A stretch of 64,000 nucleotides of DNA from a virus. How positions within the stretch are numbered: the first letter of the stretch is position 1; each line of letters opens with the position of its first letter. This document shows positions 60,663 to 64,000 of this stretch, one piece after another. The notes under the pieces are model-generated. The model was not told the DNA's origin. It made no database searches and was given only the letters and a program-made list of their open reading frames with translations. Position numbers and translations under genes: made by a program. The stretch lies in IMG/VR virus record IMGVR_UViG_3300046167_000870; one strand, written 5' to 3'.

Positions 60663-60728
60663 TTAACAATGACAGCATGTACAGTTACATGATACTCCAC
60701 ACCCGCATGTTTTACAATTACATTTCAT
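60663..60728 (-). CDS. 21-aa Cys-rich metallothionein-like peptide (not in ORF track)
   Basis: MKCNCKTCGCGVSCNCTCCHC: 9 Cys in 21 aa; ATG one base after the cupin stop. Confidence 0.7.
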   Translation of the reverse strand: MKCNCKTCGCGVSCNCTCCHC

Positions 60729-60729
60729 T

Positions 60730-60975
60730 TTAATTTATTTTTATTTTTAAATCGGTTGTCCCTTTATGTATTCTATGGACATCTCCTTCGTTAATAAATA
60801 TACGATCTCCCTTTACTAATTCCAAGGGTAATTTATTATCTAGTTGAACTTTCCACCCTTTACCTTCTAATACTTCAATTTCTCTATCTTCTTTATCTTG
60901 ATGCCAAACCAATTCCATTGAATCAACATCTTTTGAAAACATTCTAATATTACCTTTATTTGTGTATGGGTTCAT
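60730..60975 (-). CDS. Cupin-domain protein
   Basis: WHQDKEDREIEVLEGKGW...GDRIFINEGDVHRI. Confidence 0.8.
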   Translation of the reverse strand: MNPYTNKGNIRMFSKDVDSMELVWHQDKEDREIEVLEGKGWKVQLDNKLPLELVKGDRIFINEGDVHRIHKGTTDLKIKIN

Positions 60976-60976
60976 C

Positions 60977-62050
60977 CTACCAAAATGTATTCATGTTAGC
61001 ACCTAGACCTAATTGGCTTGCATATCTTGGTAATCTACAAGACCAGTATCCTGGTTTGGTTCTATCTGTTTTTTCTTTACATCTATGTCGTTTAGCAAAT
61101 GCATTTCTTGCTTTAGAGTTTCTAATCTTAGCTCTTAAACCACCTGATCCAAATGATACTTTTTTAACTTTTTTAGTTTTAGGATCTCTTACATAAACAT
61201 AATATGCTTTAGAACCACCTCTTTTTGGTTTTCCAATTGGTGGATCTTTTTTCTTTTTCTTAGCTTTTTTAGCTTCATTTAATGATATTAAACTTGTTGG
61301 AATATAAGCATTAGTTCCATCACCAAATTCAACATGAACTCTTTTATCATTTTTATCTAAGATATAAACTTGTTCTTTTTCTCCTGCTTCAAAAGATTCA
61401 AAGTCATCATCATACCCTTCACCGGTATTCATTTTAACTTCATAATCATTTTTGAAAGTGATTATTGCTTTACCTTCATTTAACATATTGTCTATTTCAT
61501 CACGAACCCAATCTTTTTCATTTGAACCTAATTGATCATAATCCATACCAAATTCTTCATTTGCTATTTCATCTTCTATATCCATTTGTTCATTAATACC
61601 TACTAAATCTCTTTTATTCCAAATTTTAGATTTGTTTTCGTCACTACAATCTTTAAAATCACAATCAAATTCTTTATGTGCTATTAAGTCTAATCTATCT
61701 TCTTCTTCATGACTTAATTTTCTACCCTTATATTCAGTAGCTTCTCTTATCATAGGTAAATCTAAAGGTATAATCTGGTTTTTATATAAATCAAATTCAC
61801 CTAAATGTGTTTTCATTAATCCTTCATCTTCTTCACATAAATCAAGTACGCCACGTGAATATAATTTTCTTGCTTCTTTAATCATGGATAAATGAGCATC
61901 AGAACCAATTCTGAATACATTTTCCATTAATGAGATGTTATTGTCAATATGATAAGATAAGTTTTCAGATATAAGTTTTTTAACTTTACCTTCAGTTAAG
62001 AGTGGTCCTCTTATTGTTTCACAAGTATTACATCCACATTTTTGACACAT
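60977..62050 (-). CDS. Probable virion-associated protein with basic C-terminal domain
   Basis: CQKCGCNTC N-terminus, repeated L/I-x-E sites, KKVSFG...FAKRHRC...PGYWSC. Confidence 0.6.
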   Translation of the reverse strand: MCQKCGCNTCETIRGPLLTEGKVKKLISENLSYHIDNNISLMENVFRIGSDAHLSMIKEARKLYSRGVLDLCEEDEGLMKTHLGEFDLYKNQIIPLDLPMIREATEYKGRKLSHEEEDRLDLIAHKEFDCDFKDCSDENKSKIWNKRDLVGINEQMDIEDEIANEEFGMDYDQLGSNEKDWVRDEIDNMLNEGKAIITFKNDYEVKMNTGEGYDDDFESFEAGEKEQVYILDKNDKRVHVEFGDGTNAYIPTSLISLNEAKKAKKKKKDPPIGKPKRGGSKAYYVYVRDPKTKKVKKVSFGSGGLRAKIRNSKARNAFAKRHRCKEKTDRTKPGYWSCRLPRYASQLGLGANMNTFW

Positions 62051-62070
62051 ATCTTATTTTATTATAAATA

Positions 62071-63273
62071 TTACTTAGATTTTGTTATTCTTAAAGACAT
62101 TGGTAAAATTTGTCCTTGAGTGTTTCTACCTACAACATCATATTGAGAAGGTCCAAATAATGGACTATCAGCTTGTAGTTTAACACTAACATTCTTAGTG
62201 TTTTTACCTGGGTATTTTATTTCTGCCTTTGTTATTTGTCCTACAGCATCTAAAGCATCCTGAGCTGTAAGTATAGGGACAACTTTTACATCATCTCCTT
62301 TAATTTCTTTTACATAATAATAACCATATCCCACAGATGATGCTAAAAATGCTTCAAATTTATCATCTTCAATATTAACTTCAGACCAATCATCTACATC
62401 TCCTGTTTGGTTAATATAATTATCTATACCTTGTGCTGTTCTTTCTCTATCAATATTAAATATGTTAAATAAAACATCAATAGCAGGAGCAACACTGTCT
62501 TTACTAGAATCATAAACTACTTTTCCATCTTCATAAACAAAGAATGGTATATTTTTTCCACTATAAATTCCTGATCCTGCTTTATTTTTTAATGATATAT
62601 AATAATCTTTTCCTTTATAGTTAATAGTTAAATCTGAGATTGTTTTTCCTATATCTTTAGGACCTTCAAAATTTAAACTACGTTTTGTATCAGTAGCACC
62701 AGCAAATGAAATATCATCTGGTGATAATTCTGAATTGTCTATCCCTAAACCATTATATAAAGTTTGTAATCTTATTGGTAATGAATCATTAGGTTCTCCT
62801 GCAAGTGATTTTGCTTGGCCTACAAAATCTTGTTCATATTTTTCTCCTTCATTTCCACCACCAGCTAAATACATAGCTACATCACCATCTTCTGTTTTAA
62901 ATTTATATAAATTAAATTTACCACTTTTATTATCACCTGTTCTAGGACCTACTACTTCAATGTCATCTACAACATGAACTTTTTTAATAATATCAATAAA
63001 TTCTTCGCCTGATATTTTTTGTTTATTACCTATTCTAACAGAGTTAGCCATTTTAGTTAAACCTGCATTTTTACCCACTTCTGAGTCTAATATTTTTTCT
63101 ATTGCTTTTTTAGTATTTGATGTAACAGATGCTTCTTTTAAACTAAATTTTTCTTCAGTTAATCTACTAATATAAGATTCTAGTAAAGCTACATCATTAG
63201 GATTATCCATATCCGGATATCCTTTATCGAATTTGTAAGCGAATTTTGTAAAAAATTTATCAAATATATTCAT
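62071..63273 (-). CDS. PD-(D/E)xK nuclease-like protein with N-terminal propeptide-like segment
   Basis: GEKYE...TISDLTI...YYISLK; N-terminal KGYPD...LLE...LKE. Confidence 0.5.
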   Translation of the reverse strand: MNIFDKFFTKFAYKFDKGYPDMDNPNDVALLESYISRLTEEKFSLKEASVTSNTKKAIEKILDSEVGKNAGLTKMANSVRIGNKQKISGEEFIDIIKKVHVVDDIEVVGPRTGDNKSGKFNLYKFKTEDGDVAMYLAGGGNEGEKYEQDFVGQAKSLAGEPNDSLPIRLQTLYNGLGIDNSELSPDDISFAGATDTKRSLNFEGPKDIGKTISDLTINYKGKDYYISLKNKAGSGIYSGKNIPFFVYEDGKVVYDSSKDSVAPAIDVLFNIFNIDRERTAQGIDNYINQTGDVDDWSEVNIEDDKFEAFLASSVGYGYYYVKEIKGDDVKVVPILTAQDALDAVGQITKAEIKYPGKNTKNVSVKLQADSPLFGPSQYDVVGRNTQGQILPMSLRITKSK

Positions 63274-63722
63274 TATGCTTCTACGTCTACATCAACATCT
63301 ACTTCATCTTCTACTTCAGGTGCTGAATCGGTTTCACTTCCTTCTACTTCGGCTCCACTTTCTGGGCCATATTGTAATATACGAGCAATAGCTAAGGCAG
63401 CATATTCTTCTTCATCAAGATTTAGTAAATAGTATTTCTTACCTTCTACTTGTGCTATCCAACTACGTGGAGTAAATTGAAGTAAGAAAAATTGTCCATT
63501 CAGTAATTTAATTCTGAATGTTGATGGACGAGGGGCAACCCAATCTATTCCTTCTAAGAATGAATCAAATTCATGGGTTAATAACGAAACTATTATATCT
63601 TTGAGTTCTGGGAATTTAGTTAGCTCATCATAAGCCTCAGCAGCATCATCTGCTTTGCCTTTTTCATCTACCACTTGTAGTGCTAGAGCTCTAATTTTTT
63701 CTCTTAATTCAGCTGCTGTCAT
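63273..63722 (-). CDS. Hypothetical protein
   Basis: 149-aa ORF with an acidic tail. Confidence 0.65.
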   Translation of the reverse strand: MTAAELREKIRALALQVVDEKGKADDAAEAYDELTKFPELKDIIVSLLTHEFDSFLEGIDWVAPRPSTFRIKLLNGQFFLLQFTPRSWIAQVEGKKYYLLNLDEEEYAALAIARILQYGPESGAEVEGSETDSAPEVEDEVDVDVDVEA

Positions 63723-64000
63723 TATTTTTTCTGTTTAGATAAAAACGACGCTAATGCCATTTGTTTAATTTTTTTAAGGGATTTACCTTTAAATTGAGGT
63801 GCATCTGAATCTTTAAAATCTTCAACATGGTCTTCTACTGAAGATGATTTTGTTAGTTTTTCTTTCACTAAAGTAGATATTTTTTCATCTATAGTACCTG
63901 ATGTACGTCCTCTAGCGCTATAAAAATCACTTTGTGCTTTAGCTTCTCTTTCAAGACCACTCATTGTATGATCAACTGCTCTTTTTAACCCATCAATTGA
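63722..64000 (-). CDS. Hypothetical protein, 5' end beyond window
   Basis: Frame open to the window end; DFKDSDAPQFKGKS motif. Confidence 0.6.
   Translation of the reverse strand, partial: SIDGLKRAVDHTMSGLEREAKAQSDFYSARGRTSGTIDEKISTLVKEKLTKSSSVEDHVEDFKDSDAPQFKGKSLKKIKQMALASFLSKQKK

Larger units (their letters stand above)
663..60823 (-). promoter_or_regulatory. Dispersed bipartite early/middle promoter motif GG-N17-CGTATATT
   Basis: Plus-strand AATATACG at 663, 6051, 7637, 10895, 12181, 28174, 29942, 59073, 60567 and 60797 (variant at 9124); CC exactly 17 nt away in all but 663 (TTTG there). Confidence 0.8.
13448..62071 (-). promoter_or_regulatory. Dispersed late promoter motif ATATTTATA (coding strand)
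   Basis: Plus-strand TATAAATAT at 13448, 19837, 36742, 39141, 40777, 42838, 43139, 46156, 51503, 53451, 55372, 58259 and 62063, each shortly upstream of a start codon. Confidence 0.8.

Noticed and set aside
1083-62977. All plus-strand ORFs in the track
   Set aside because: Antisense shadows of well-supported minus-strand genes, with no motifs and Ser/Phe/Leu-rich composition
1-64000. Stop-codon reassignment
   Set aside because: Genes are dense and full length in the standard code; the breaks are frameshifts, not in-frame stops; no suppressor tRNA
1-64000. CRISPR array, integrase, transposase or diversity-generating retroelement
   Set aside because: No repeat-spacer array, reverse transcriptase or recombinase motifs seen; the only tandem repeats noticed are in-frame coding duplications

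Overview
AT-rich 64 kb segment of a large T4-like myovirus, most likely infecting Bacteroidota (Flavobacteriia-like). The host call rests on a T9SS C-terminal sorting signal, Bacteroidota-style promoters with no Shine-Dalgarno motifs and a Cys-free QueC. Essentially every gene is on the minus strand. In transcription order (right to left): head-associated and accessory genes (nuclease-like protein, cupin, a 21-aa Cys-rich peptide, FAD oxidoreductase, kinase), spanin-like pair, terminase, portal, prohead proteins, protease, scaffold, major capsid, neck, sheath, tube, tail chaperone, tape measure and baseplate. Then a short family-A polymerase, SSB, RecA/UvsX, 5'-3' exonuclease, DnaB helicase and class Ia RNR. 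Next is a ~7.6 kb cluster of secreted and envelope proteins (PA14-dockerin, cohesin-dockerin, cohesin-T9SS CTD, two CsgG-fold proteins, two beta-barrel-like proteins) running into lysis-like genes. Then a 7-deazaguanine cluster (TGT/DpdA-like, queC, queD, queE, folE) with two tRNAs, a phosphoribosyltransferase and a MazG-like enzyme, a family-B polymerase split between motifs B and C by two unrelated genes, and a radical SAM gene cut by the window edge. Four single-base insertion frameshifts are probably read or assembly errors. The best candidate for an undescribed system is the phage-encoded cohesin-dockerin/T9SS/CsgG envelope module. All family calls come from motif recognition by eye; no searches were run.
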